A stretch of 64,000 nucleotides of DNA from Octopus sinensis (taxonomy: Eukaryota), in NCBI RefSeq assembly GCF_006345805.1, contig NC_042997.1, positions 100,254,001 to 100,318,000 on the forward strand, in the 5' to 3' direction. Shown piece after piece: positions 52,090 to 64,000 of the stretch. Within the stretch, counting starts at the first letter, position 1, and the number at the start of each line of letters is the position of its first letter. A program made the position numbers and the translations under genes. The notes below the pieces were generated by a model, which ran no database searches, had not been told where the DNA came from, and saw only the letters and a program-made list of their open reading frames with translations.

Positions 52090-52900
52090 AAAAGTTTGTA
52101 ATTACAATGCAAAGCAGAAGTACAAGAATAAGAAAGTTAGAGACATTAAGTTGATGGACCAAGTTATGGAAGTTACTGAAAAAGTCATAGCACAACTGAT
52201 AAAGAAAAGAATTAACCTGGATGAGACACTGTTTGGGTTTGTGTCAGGAGGAAGGATTACTGATGCCCTTGCCCAAGAAAGACAAAGCTAAGAGTAAGCT
52301 GCCATACCTATCATTTGTTGACATAGAAAAGGCCTTGAGAAGGTTTTCCCACTGTAATCTGATAACTTCCAAGATAACTAGGGACCACTGAAAGATCTGT
52401 AAGGGCCACAGAAGCACTGTACAGATATACAGTCATCAAAATGAGAGTTAGTAATGAATAGAGCAATAAATTTAGCATGCAGGTAAGAGTGCACCAGGGT
52501 TCACTTTTCAGATTCTATTTATCATAGTTCTTCAGAAAAAGTATACATGATGATGATAGTGAGGAGCAAATTTTGTGGCACTTGAATATAAATTGTGATG
52601 CTACATAGTGACAACATGTGAACCTTGAATGTAGAAGATTTGCAGTGACTAAAAAGAAAAGTACTCCATTGGATGTGTAATGATATGCATGAATGGCAAA
52701 GCATAAATGAGCCAAGTGAAAAGCTGGATGTAAAAGAAATCTAACTGTATGCAAGAGAGACAACTGGCACATGGGAGATGTTAGCAATATAAAGTAATGT
52801 TGAGCAATTGAAGTGGCTGGAATCTATAGAAGAGTGAGACGAAGTAATGGAGGCTGATCTCAAGAAGCTGAACCTTATGAAGGAGATGATTAACTGTGAT
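52090..52900 (+). mobile_element. Degenerate RTE LINE fragment
   Basis: RDIKLMDQVMEVTEKVIAQLIKKRINLDETLFGFVSG..TDA, homologous to the RT ORF. Confidence 0.75.
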
Positions 52901-55479
52901 GATTGGTGATGCAATACTGGAAAAGGCTTGCTCTGTGGTGCAAGCATGGCAAAACAAATGTTAAAATAATAGTTACAGTGATGGAGGTTTGGATACCTAT
53001 CTATATTGGGTCTCCCACCCATCTTATTCCTATTAAATTTCTATCAACTGCCCTCTTACCCTCAATCCCAATTAAGCATGCCACCTATGATATTTGATTA
53101 GTTTGATCAATGATGCTTGAATAACAAAGAGCCAGCATGAGATTACTCCACATGTACACTTATCTTCATTCCTTCACTATTTGCTATTGTTTTCATCCTC
53201 TCTGGTTCACGTGACCTTTCTCGACATCTATCATTCTCACCATCACCCATCATGAGCTCTTTTACTGTGGCCCATCTTTATTTATATCTCATCATGCATC
53301 AGGTTTCTTATACAATCTCCTTACAACAATCAATAAGTAGCTATCACTAATGCTTCCATTACACCCTGCCTACCATTCTATCACGTTCTTTTCTTCTACC
53401 CTCTTATTCATACTATCAGTCATGTTTGCTTTGAGAAAAAAAAAAAACAGGACAATGTAAAGTACAGAGATAAAGGCAACTTTAGTATTAGTGCCCTGAG
53501 AAAATGCACCCAGTCCACCCTGGAAAGTGGTTGGTGAGGGTAGGGTAGAGAGATCTTTAATTTTGCTAAATATATGACAACCTCTTTAGAGCCGATACTA
53601 TAAAATGTACCCAGTGTACTCCACTGAGTGATGGGTATCGGATGGGTATCCAGCCATAAAAACCATGCCAAAAATCTAATGCATATGTTAGACAAGGTCC
53701 TCCAGGTAGGAGGATACAGATTCTGAATAAGATTTGACTCAAATCATGACGACCTGGCCAACCCATACCAGCATAGAAAAGTGGACATAAAATGATGATT
53801 ATGATGATACTATACTCATTCTAAGTTTTTAGAATTTACAATTGAGGCAGTTGATATCCCTCACCTGAAATGTCATCACTTTCCTTCACTGGAAAAAAAA
53901 ACCCCTAACCATACAAAGTCTATCAGGGTGAGAGAACCAGAATTGAAACTTCTACAAACAAGCACTTTTCTCTTGATGGTTTACATTTGTTTCTTTGTCT
54001 GCATGTACAGGCAAAAGCCACAGTATTGTTATACTATCATTTCAAAACATTATGTGGAGTATATCTGTACCATTTAGTTTCAATGTCAGATATCAAACAT
54101 TGGTGGTTTCCAATCTGTCTACTTCTTTATTGCTTTTATGGACACAAATATTATTTAGAATGCACATCATGAAACCACATACTCAATTATTTTTCTGGTG
54201 CCCACATGGTCCAATCCTTTGAATTTTTTTAAAATATATCATTTTTATGCAATTTTTCTTATGGTCAGGCACTAATCTTACTGCTATCAGGTTTTCAGCT
54301 ACAGCTTTTTTAACCTGAGCCTTAGAACCAACGGTGTGAGACTTAATAATGATGTGATGGCTATTTCTACTTAAAATGAATTAACAATTCAAAGGTGTTC
54401 CAATACTACCTCCTTATTGCTGTTTTTTTTTTATAATTTGCAATTTTTGATTCTTTCTTTTATGCCAACCTTCTTAAAAAACAAAATTATTTGCATTTTT
54501 CTATTCTTTCCACATCATCATTCTCTATTTAGAGTTACTGTACACCTAATTGGGTAAGAGGACCACATCCCTTTCATAAATTAAATTTTAGTTAAGGTTT
54601 ATATGGTTGGATGCGCTTCCTAATGCCATCTGAGTCTACAGGGTGCATTGGTACCAACACTAAAGAGTTGTCATAGTTAAGGGGTCCTCTCAACCCTACA
54701 TTGTCTCCACTCATATGCCAACCACTTTACAGTTACCACGTGTCCATAAGGTAGGAGTCCTCACAACTCTTCAGAGAAAGAAAATGAATTTGGATGAGTG
54801 GATAAAAGAAGATAATGTATGATAGAAGTAAAGTGATTGGGATGAAAAGGTGGTGGAATAAGGAGTAATAAAAGAGATAGAATTGACATGGCATAATGGA
54901 AGATAGTGATGTAGCTACATGTTTGCAGGTGAGGTTGAAACTCACTCACTCACAGATAGTAAGGGATTAGTGATAAGAAGAGAGAATGAATGACAGATGT
55001 CAATATACTGGACTAGGTGGGGCAAAGTGCATAAGGAGTGGTGCCCAGCAGCACAGAAAGATGATGTTAGGCTGTACCAGATATATGTAGATCTGATTCA
55101 ATCCTTCACAAACATTCCTTTTTGGAAGAGAAGTAGCAGAATAGTGATGGTAGTAGGTATTGAAGGGACAGGTTTAACACCATATTTCATCACAAAGGCA
55201 GCATGATGCAGTGATTAAGAAAGATCAGTCTACTGCCACTCCTAGTCAATCAGAGAATAGAAGAAAGTGAATGGAGAGAGAGAGAGAGGTCGTGCGAGAG
55301 ATGAGAGTATCAAAGAAGAAGGATAGCAGATGGAGACTGAATAGAGACATACTGGGCAAGAGAGCCAAATCTAGATATACTTCATCATTCTTAGATGGAT
55401 AGGAGGATTTTCTCCAACACCTCACATTACCAATCATTAGTTCTGTCATCTTTAAGAGGTTCAGTATCTTGACATCATC

Positions 55480-56250
55480 AGCCCTCATTACTTCATTCTA
55501 GATCATCCTACGTCTCTTTCTTCCGGAGGTTCCAACCACTTCTTAAAACAGCTTCCATATATGTCACATGCCCATACAAGTGTCTTCCATCTTGCACATT
55601 ATATCTTATTTCCCTTTTCTCTTAGTTTGTGATGTCATTCATAAACACTAACGCAGCATATCCAGTGGATCATGTTCACTTCATTTCTTTCAAGCCTTCA
55701 AGATCCACATCTCACTGTCATTTATACATGGGCAGCATAAAATCTGCCCTTTACTATAACACACACATCCTTTGTTACAAGTAGAGTTAACAGTCCCTTG
55801 AATATTTCCATCCCCTTCTTACTCTTGTTCCTATGTTTTCAGAATACACACTATTAGCTTATCCAGCAAGCTTTATTAAGCTATCAACAACTACTAGAGG
55901 GCTTCCCTCTTACTGAAAGGTAACCATTTTACATGTGCTCTTAGCACATGTTGCTCCTATATATCTACTGCATACAAAGTCTACCTTCTCCAATAACCTA
56001 CTTGTAATCACACTACACTATTGTACATCTATAGTTTACACTAGGTACACATCATATAAAATTTCCATCTACTCTTCTGCATATCATGCATGGCTATTTC
56101 CTCGATGTTGCATGGTCCCGTCTTCTTTCTTACTTATTAAAACTTTAGTCTTTACTAAGTTTATTTTGAGGCCACTTGATTCTAGATTTCATTTCCATAT
56201 CTTGAATATCTCCTACAAATTGTAGGTCAATTGTAAGAACTAGGTCATAA
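55480..56250 (-). mobile_element. Degenerate RTE LINE fragment
   Basis: Reverse complement resembles the RT C-terminal region (RLERNEVNMIHWIC-like remnants). Confidence 0.5.
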
Positions 56251-56278
56251 ATTCCAGATATCTAGCCTTAAACTCCTA

Positions 56279-56770
56279 TTAACCCTTTCGTTACTATATT
56301 TCTGACCAAAATACACCCCTTATGTGTTTCAATTAATTTCTAACAATCATAAATTTAGTCTGGTTTCATTAAACAACTATAACTTTTTTATTTTATCAAT
56401 ATATTAACGTGAATTTTGGAAGATAATTTAATGAAATGTTCTCAACCAATTCTATACTATAATTTTTGTCACAAAGTGACTCTAATTGCAGGTAGATACA
56501 GGTAAATTCAACAAAATATAAAATTATTAAAATTTTGTTCAAACATCGCTGTAGAAAATGGGTTATTAGCTAATATTCAATTGGGTATACAACAAAATTT
56601 TACGATAGAATTTGTTATTCTGGGTAACTTTCTGATACCCATATATAAGCCTTTTCTATGGCTTGTGTGGTGGCATATGTTATGAATCAGAGTGTGTAGA
56701 GTTTTCATGCTTGAAAACTCATGCTAGTATCTCAAAGAAAGTTTAATATTAAAATTTTGTAATCATTCAG
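56279..56770 (+). mobile_element. Related TTAA-type MITE (third subfamily)
   Basis: TTAACCCTTTcgttactatatttctg start, similar to the family B terminus. Confidence 0.45.
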
Positions 56771-56959
56771 TAGAAAAAAAAAAACAATATTCTTTTGCCC
56801 ATTATCTGGGAATTATGTACATTGCTTTCATTTTCTTACCCTCTGAATTGTACTAAACATCAAGGACATTAAATCTGCATGGCTGCAGTACATTTATCCT
56901 CATGATTACACACACTTTTTTTTCTTTAAACCCTAACTCATCCTCCATGGCAGAAGTAT

Positions 56960-57860
56960 TAAGACTGCATCCCCTGGTGAAGAGGATCCATCTGCAAAAG
57001 TCCTGTGCCAGTGCTATGTAAAAAGCACTCAAGCTGGTACTATATAAGAGCACTCATGCTAGTGACATGTTAAAAGCACTCAGCACAAACTGTAAAGTGG
57101 TTAGCATTAGGAAGGGCACCCAACTATAGAAACCAAACCAAATCAGACTGGAACTTGGTGCAGCTTCCCAGCTCTGGTCAAACAGTTCAACCCATGCCAG
57201 TATGGAAAACAGATATTAAAGGATGAGGGTGATGATTGTCATTTGTGGTGTAGCTAGTTTGATAATTCATTTGTTCATCTCCACACAACAATGTAAACAA
57301 ATAATAGGCATTAGGACAGGAAGATTAGCTAAGTTTGTTCTGTATATGTTACAACTTATGTAAGAAGCATTGCTTTGCCATGAAATAATCAGTCCATGTT
57401 TTACTAGTTCTTTTCCTAACTTTATTGGATTTTTATTACAACTTTTAGCAACTTTAATTGCTAAACCACAAGTCGTATGGTGACTGTTAGCTTATTGAAA
57501 TTTCTTTTGATTTCAATATAGGACAAAGTGTGTAACTTACCACATTAATAAACTCACTTTAATGTACACTGTCCACCTTTTGTCACCTATGCTAGCTGCA
57601 TAAATGTTTGAAACTTACTAACTTCTTACGCTTGGCCTTCTGGATTGTATTTATCTATTACTATTATAAAATCATCATCGTTATCATCATATAACCATTT
57701 TCCATGCTTGTATGAGTTGGCCAGTTTGACAGGAGCTGGCAAGGCCAGGAGCCACACCAGCTTCCATAGTCTGTTTTGGCTTGCTTCTACTTCCTAATGC
57801 CAACCACATTATAATGTACTAGGTTCTTTTTACATGGTACCATCACCAGTGCTTATGCTT
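56960..57860. repeat. Older RTE tails: about 56960-57235(+) and 57670-57860(-)
   Basis: taggaagggcacc..(gat)n and its reverse complement. Confidence 0.6.
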
Positions 57861-57862
57861 TT

Positions 57863-60291
57863 ATCATCATCATCATCATCGTTTAACGTCCGTTCTCCAT
57901 GCTAGCATGGGTTGGACGGTTCGACCGGGGATCTGGGAAGCCAGAAGGCTGCACCAGGCTCCAGTCTTATCTGGCAATGTTTCTACAGCTGGATGCCCTT
58001 CCTAACGCCAACCACTCCGTGAGTGTAGTGGGTGCTTTTTACGTGCCACCCACACAGGTGCCAGGCAAGGCTGGCAACAGACACGGTCGGATTGGTGCAA
58101 TTTATGTGCCACCAGCACGGAAGCCAGTCGAGGCGGCGCTGGCATCGGCCACGATTTGGATAGTGCTTTTTACGTACCACCAGTCCAGGGGTCCTGGCAT
58201 CTGCCGGGTGCCAGTCATAGGATTGGTTCAATTTCGATTTCACTTGCCCCAATATGTCTTCGCAAGCAAAGGGGGTTGGCATGGGTGCCTGTCGTCAGAT
58301 GAGGTTCAATATCGACTTCGCTTGCCTCAACAGGTCTTTGTGTCCAAGGGAGGAAAGGCATGCATAAGTGGGCTGGGCTCACTTGTCCTGCCTGGTCTTA
58401 TCACGTACAGCATATTTCCAAAGGTCTCGGTTGCTGGTCATTTCCTCAGTGAGGCCTAAAGTTCAAAGGTTGTGCTTCACCACCTCGTCCCAGGTTTTCC
58501 TGGGTCTACCTCTTCCACGGGTTCCCCCAACTGCTAGGGATTGGCACTTTTTCACACACCTATCTTCATCCATTCTCGCCACATGACCATACCAGCGCAA
58601 TCATCTTTCTTGCACACCACAACTGATGCTTCTTAGGTACATTTCTCTCAAGGTACTAACGCTCTGTCGAGTATGTACACTGACATTACACATCCATCGG
58701 AGCATACTGGCTTCATTCCTCGCGAGCTTACGCATGTCCTCAGCAGTCACGGCCCATGTTTCACTGCCATGTAGCATGGCTGTTCGTACGCATGCATCAT
58801 ACAGTCTGCCTTTTACTCTGAGCAAGAGGCCTTTAGTCACCAGCAGAGGCAAGAGCTCCCTAAACTTTGCCCAGGCTATTCTTATTCTAGCAGTTACACT
58901 TTCAACGCACCCATCCCCACTACTGACTTGGTCACCTAGATAACAGAAGCTATCAACTACTTCTAGTTTTTTCCCCTGGAAAGTGACGGAAGTTGTTTTC
59001 TGCAGATTTTCGGAGGTTAATGCTCCCAAGCATCTGCCACATACAAAAACTATCTTCCCAGTTAGCCTACCTTTGACATTGCTGCACCTCTTATGTGTCC
59101 ATAGCTTACACTGGGTACATCTTATAGAGTTTCTACCTACACCTTTTCTACAGATCGAGCAGGGCCATCTTCCTGAAGACATTTGTGGATTGTCTACCTT
59201 CCTACTTATTAGTACTTTGGTTTTAGTTGGGTTGACTCTAAGGCCCCTCGATTCTAAACCCTCCTTCCACACCTGGAACTTCTCCAGTTCTGATAGTGAC
59301 TCAGCAATTAGAGCAAGGTCGTCAGCATAGAGGAGCTCCCAGGGGCAACCTGTCTTGAATTCCTCCGTAATTGCCTGGAGGACTATGATAAATAGGAGAG
59401 GGCTGAGTACTGAACCCTGGTGGACCCCAACCTCTACTTTGAATTCTTCTGTGTACATGTTGCCAACCCTAACCTTACTTACGGCATCTCTGTACATGGC
59501 TTGCACAGCCCTCACCAGCCATTCATCTATCCCTAGTTTCCTCATTGACCACCAGATAAGGGATCGGGGGACCCTGTCAAAGGCTTTCTCCATGTCAACG
59601 AAAGCCAGGTACAGGGGCTTATCTTTGGCTAGGTATTTCTCCTGCAGCTGCCTTACCAGGAATATAGCATCAGTGGTACTTTTCCCTGGCACGAACCCAA
59701 ACTGCATCTCATCTAAACTAACTCTCTCTCTAATTAGTTGGGCTATGACCCTCTCCGTAACCTTCATTACCTGATCCAACAGCTTGATACCTCTGTAATT
59801 ATTTGTATCTAAAGCGTCACCTTTACCTTTGTAGCAGTTGACTAGTATGCTGCTACACCAGTCATTGGGTATGACTCCTTCGTGTATCACCTGGTTGACT
59901 ATACGGGTGACTAGGTTATAGCCAACACTGCCAGATATTTTGAGCATCTCTGCAGTAATTCCTGATGGGCCTGGGGCTTTCCCTGTCTTCATGCTTCTAA
60001 TTGCTTTAACTACCAAAGAATTTTCAACTCGGATGGCTGGTCCCTCTGTTGGGTTGACATTCGGCAGACTCTTTATCCCATCCATTTTCTTTATTCAGCA
60101 ACCTTTCATAGTGGCATCTCCAAACCTCTCTCTTTGCATCCTCATTTAGCGCAAGTGAACCATCATCCATGCGAACACACTTCTCTCCTACCATATCACG
60201 ATTCTCTCTCACACACTGTCTTGCAACACGAAATACCTCAAGTCTTTCATCCTCATGGCTCAGAACATTGGCAAATTTTTTCTTATCCACT
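57863..60291 (-). mobile_element. Young 5'-truncated RTE-clade LINE
   Basis: (ATC)n tail at 57863, a 3' UTR shared with dispersed tails, and RT coding sequence. No endonuclease domain within the copy and no clear TSD. Confidence 0.93.
58601..60085 (-). pseudogene. RTE reverse transcriptase ORF (494 aa, disrupted)
   Basis: Motifs GKAPGPSG, NYRGIKLL, QFGFVPGKSTTDAIF, FVDMEKAFDRV, GVHQGSVLSPLLF, LYADD. A frameshift near 60085-60100 separates it from the upstream frame (60024-60290). Premature TGA, probably from CGA, after ..VQER, with the frame continuing LRWYGHVARM. Confidence 0.92.
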
Positions 60292-61242
60292 TAGTAGCAG
60301 TATTACAGAATGTGTGAATTCTATTCCAATGTGGGATTCACCTAAGCTTCTATATGGTCAATAACTGATTTTTTTTTTTTGTATTATTATTTAAGGAAAT
60401 CTAGAATGTGTGAATGAAGGTGGCTCCAATGGTTTAGATGTACTAGTAGTCTAGCAAATGACATATTTGCACTTCTCAGAGTAATAAATAACAAAGGTGA
60501 AGAAAAACAAATATTAGTTCTCTACGCTAATGCATCACTCTTTAACAAGATCTTATGTCTATAGCTAACAGCTAGGTGCACTCATGGAGGGCCATTAGAG
60601 ACAATGAAGGTACTAAAGAAGTAGTAATGCAGTAAGCAAATTTAAGCAAAGACATGACAAATGTCACACATTCAGAGTAGTCAAGACCATTGTTGAATGT
60701 CAAAACACTACATTGGAGAGAGCTCACTGATCAGTGAAGGTTTGCATACCAAGAGGAGAGAGGCAGTTTTTTTCATGGTTAAGTTAGAATGTGCATACAT
60801 GACAGTGTACCATCCTTAACACCTACTTGAAGTATTCCTTGGTTCTTAAAAGGAAACCCAATTTTGTTTAGTAGTCTTCATTGATCAGCCTGAATAGTCA
60901 CCATAAAAAGTGTAGCAACTGCTACAATACATTTTTAATAACTAAAAACCAATATTTAAATGTAATAAAGGAATGGATAAAGTTTTAAAGTAACGGTCTT
61001 ATTGAAATCTATTGCAAGCATTTCATTGGGTTTTAAAGTTGCCATTTCTTTTTTTGATGGCATCTAACGCAGAAGATTTATCTGTCACCGTTATTAAAAT
61101 AATACTAAGCAAGACTGTATTTTTGAAACTAATATTTTCTGGTTAACAGGATACTGACTCATGGATATTCAATCAAATGGCAATATTCACGTTAAGATTC
61201 TTTTAAAATTATCATTGCACACAATAACAAAAATTAAATTAC

Positions 61243-61292
61243 CTTCCAGGTTTCCTGATTAGAATAATAATATTTCTGATAAGCTGATAGAG
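61243..61292 (-). CDS. KDM6A: KDM6A/UTX-like coding exon (equivalent of human exon 4)
   Basis: ttttatttcag|CTCTATCAGC...TGGAAG|gtaatt; 50 nt. In frame with the previous exon and encodes ALSAYQKYYYSNQETWK, versus UTX ALSAYQRYYSLQSDYWK. Confidence 0.95.
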
Positions 61293-62446
61293 CTGAAATA
61301 AAACAAAATATTCAATCATTTCTTATTGAGTAAAATATATATATATAAAAAACTTTAAGTCTTACTCTTACACAGAATAAAGTACTGAAGCACATTTGGT
61401 TTAGTTGTTAGAGCACTACATTACCAGCTTAGTTACTCATATCCCACCACCAGAGCTGAATCAGACCAGTCCATCTAGATTCACATAAGTACTGCTTGCA
61501 GGGCCAATGAGAGGTGGAGTAAACCAGTACATCAGTATGAAGCCCAAAGAATTTCTGATAGTGAGAATGAAATCTCATTCTCTTCCAAGAGCAAAATCAC
61601 CTTGTTCTACTTTGCAAATTTCTTCTTCTAGACCCTGACCTTGACTGATCAACACCACTGCCACTACAAGACTGACTTGCCTAAAACACACTTCTTGTAC
61701 AGAAAAATTCTGTGATGCTTGTTATTTGATAGTTATGAAATGTACAATCAGTTATAAGCTGTTAAGTGCATTACTCATCTTTATTTTACATTGATACACT
61801 TATATCACTAACAAAAAGCATCAATTCCGTTTTAATTGATAGGTTGAAAGATTTCAGTATACCTGAGTATACAAAAAGTTTAAAAATAACAAGCATATAA
61901 GAAATTTATGAGCTGAAAAAGTAGACAACCAGCCCCAAAACCCAAGAGTTAGAATATGGCTAAGAAAAATCAAGCCAAACCTTGAAATGTCTATCTAGCT
62001 TAATGAATTGTAAAAGTATATTTGCTCCAACAGTCCATACATACATAAACAAAAAATTCAGAATCAACCCATGCTAACAAGAAGAAATTATATAAAATTC
62101 AAATATTTGCAGTTTTTAATGCTAAATGAACTTATAAATAATCATAGATTTTTTTTTACCCTTTTAAATTGATAATTACAATACCTTACAAAATTTTTAA
62201 TCAACATTCATTAAGTTAGAAAACTCTTTCAATAACTTATAAGATTAGTAATAGATCAAATGGTTCTGAAAATCGAAACATGCATCTATTCTTGAGAATG
62301 GTACTTTTACCAAAAACTTTTCTGGAAGGATATTGTCCAGTTAAGTAAACTTCAATAAACCAAGATACGTTTTCTCAAAGTATTTAAAATATTGCAAAAT
62401 AGAGCAAAAAATGTTATTCAAGGAATTTTATGAAAATATGACTTAC

Positions 62447-62588
62447 CTTTACTATATTGTTCAAGAAGTAAATGTACATGACCCAATTCACGGTAAATAT
62501 TAGCAATAGCGGGATCCTTGCCTTTTGATGAATCTTTCGTAAGCAGAATTGCATGTTCTTGGATTTTCTGTTGATAATATATAATACC
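62447..62588 (-). CDS. KDM6A: KDM6A/UTX-like histone H3K27 demethylase, internal coding exon (equivalent of human exon 3, first TPR)
   Basis: Minus strand reads tttcag|GGTATT...AGTAAAG|gtaagt; 142 nt, phase 0 to 1. Encodes GIIYYQQKIQEHAILLTKDSSKGKDPAIANIYRELGHVHLLLEQYSK, whose end matches UTX ...CQLGHFNLLLEDYPK (recalled). Confidence 0.93.
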
Positions 62589-62699
62589 CTGAAATAGGAA
62601 ATGTTTTACTTTATTTTATAACAGAATTTCAAGTGGCTTTAAATATATATATGGCAACTAAATCAATACAAAGAATGTTTAAGTATAGATTATCAGAAA

Positions 62700-64000
62700 A
62701 AAATAAGTTAAACTATAGATTGAGCTGACGTATGATCATAGGGTCTAGCCATGACCATCCCATCTATTTTCAGGCAATCTAAACAGGACTAACTACATTA
62801 TCCAATGCTTCCTCCAATTTTAAGATGATATAGTGCAATATCAAGGGAAACTTAGCTATTATTGCTAAACAAGTCGATCGACCATTCAATAACGTTTCGA
62901 TCTTAAATCTAAACTCAGTCGTAAACACCGTGGTAAATATGAAAAATCATCATTGGAGGAGTTTCAAGATTTACTCAGTGTGGTCCTGCTTCTTGTTAAT
63001 GACCCTCGCTTATTTATCCCTATTCATTTAACTACCATATATTCTCACTAAATGCTCAGAGGGCCATTATTTCGACAATATTTCTTTTGAGTTTTATTCG
63101 AAATTGTTGCTGGATTTACGCTCAATAACAAATGAAATGTCAAAAATAAAGGAAATTATAATATTTAATAATGCAGTTTCAGAAATCCCCAACCTTGTTC
63201 AAACGTTATGATACTAATTATTTTAGCCAACGTGTCTCAAAAATTCGGTTAGTATAAGGTTAAGATATCTGAGTTCTGCTAACACAGAAAGGACCTTATT
63301 TGCGCCTATCTTACAACGAAGATTACATAACATACTATTCAACAATTCCGAAATGAATAAATTCAAACGAAAGAAAAGACCCCCACCACGCATGCCTTTA
63401 TTTTCAACAATATATAAACAAGAACTTCCTTTTTCATTGTTGTACAAATTCTGAAATTAAAAACTTTTTATATCTAGTTTTTCAAAAGATGGGCCTCTGG
63501 GCCTCTGTATTTTTCGGTTTACATGTAAAAACAGGAATTTCAAACAATAACTGTGACAAGAAGATTGCTCCAATATTTTAAATTAGTGCTTAGAACAGTT
63601 AATATTATTACCAATAAAAATGTTCAATCATGCTCTTCACCAACATACGAATTCGATAACAGGTGACGTAAAAGAAAAAAAAAAAAAGAAAAATCCTACG
63701 CGAATATCCTCAAGTTTGTTCCTTAACCATTTCCAATATTCCGTCACACTTTGTCACCTGCTTATTAGTTAGGATTATTCATCATCAATTCCAAGATTGA
63801 TCATTTCCACCGATAATAAATGCAATAAGTTATTTAACAGATATATTTAAATACTGGAGACATGAAAATTTTAAATAACTGAGGATTTTTTTTTTAAAGA
63901 AAAAAGTGGGGGCACAAAAGGTTTTTCTATCTGATTTCGGTCTAGAACCTGTCAACAGTGACTGCAGTTTTTAAAAAAATATCGATAATATACTGCATCC
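62700..64000 (-). promoter_or_regulatory. CpG-retaining promoter-proximal zone of the KDM6 gene
   Basis: CpGs reappear here (gtcgatcgacc, cgaattcgat, tacgcgaat; TGACGT at about 62726 and 63665), unlike the CpG-depleted intron body. Suggests the main promoter lies just beyond the right edge. Confidence 0.45.

Larger units (their letters stand above)
1..64000 (-). other. KDM6A: Partial KDM6A/UTX transcription unit probably spanning the whole window (introns of 1.15 kb, 13.8 kb and apparently >47 kb)
   Basis: Upstream exons and the next exon (expected to resemble AIKAFQ..LYVDP..HLRLGLMFK) were not found by eye. The plus strand is visibly A-rich throughout, consistent with minus-strand intronic skew. 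Inference only; a missed exon or an assembly join is possible. Confidence 0.6.

Noticed and set aside
57899-58459. 186-aa plus-strand ORF and similar ORFs at 46941 and 47833
   Set aside because: Frames through the RTE 3' UTR that recur in each repeat copy; not host genes.
1-64000. CRISPR arrays, rRNA, prokaryotic-type systems
   Set aside because: Eukaryotic intronic DNA; all repeated blocks are dispersed SINE/MITE copies without regular spacers.

Overview
AT-rich, repeat-dense animal genomic DNA. The SINE, RTE-LINE and microsatellite repertoire looks like Octopus (coleoid cephalopod); this is recognition from memory, not a database result. The only host protein-coding gene I can support is a KDM6A/UTX-type H3K27 demethylase on the minus strand. 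Three consecutive TPR-region exons (62447-62588, 61243-61292, 47387-47445) splice in frame to GIIYYQQKIQEHAILLTKDSSKGKDPAIANIYRELGHVHLLLEQYSK-ALSAYQKYYYSNQETWK-DAPFLYGLGTVYFHFGAFH(W), with the same intron phases as I recall for human KDM6A exons 3-5. I found neither the upstream exons nor the next exon by eye, so the intron after 47387 appears to be >47 kb. The rest is transposon debris: a young 5'-truncated RTE LINE with a PHD finger (57863-60291), a mariner relic, two TTAA-type MITE families, about 25 SINE/RTE tails, and microsatellites. The most interesting unexplained features are: (1) a CpG-rich, SINE-poor promoter-like island (about 10.3-16.6 kb) inside the giant intron, with a same-strand initiator, a uORF-rich non-coding exon and a donor, which suggests an internal KDM6 promoter or nested lncRNA; (2) a young inverted-repeat pair bracketing the frame-shifting 59-nt exon; (3) a candidate 3-nt stop-creating microexon and several AG|GT recursive-splice motifs; (4) a MITE-in-MITE composite present twice. 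All of these are hypotheses. No CRISPR, rRNA or authentic tRNA gene was seen. Repeat boundaries are approximate.
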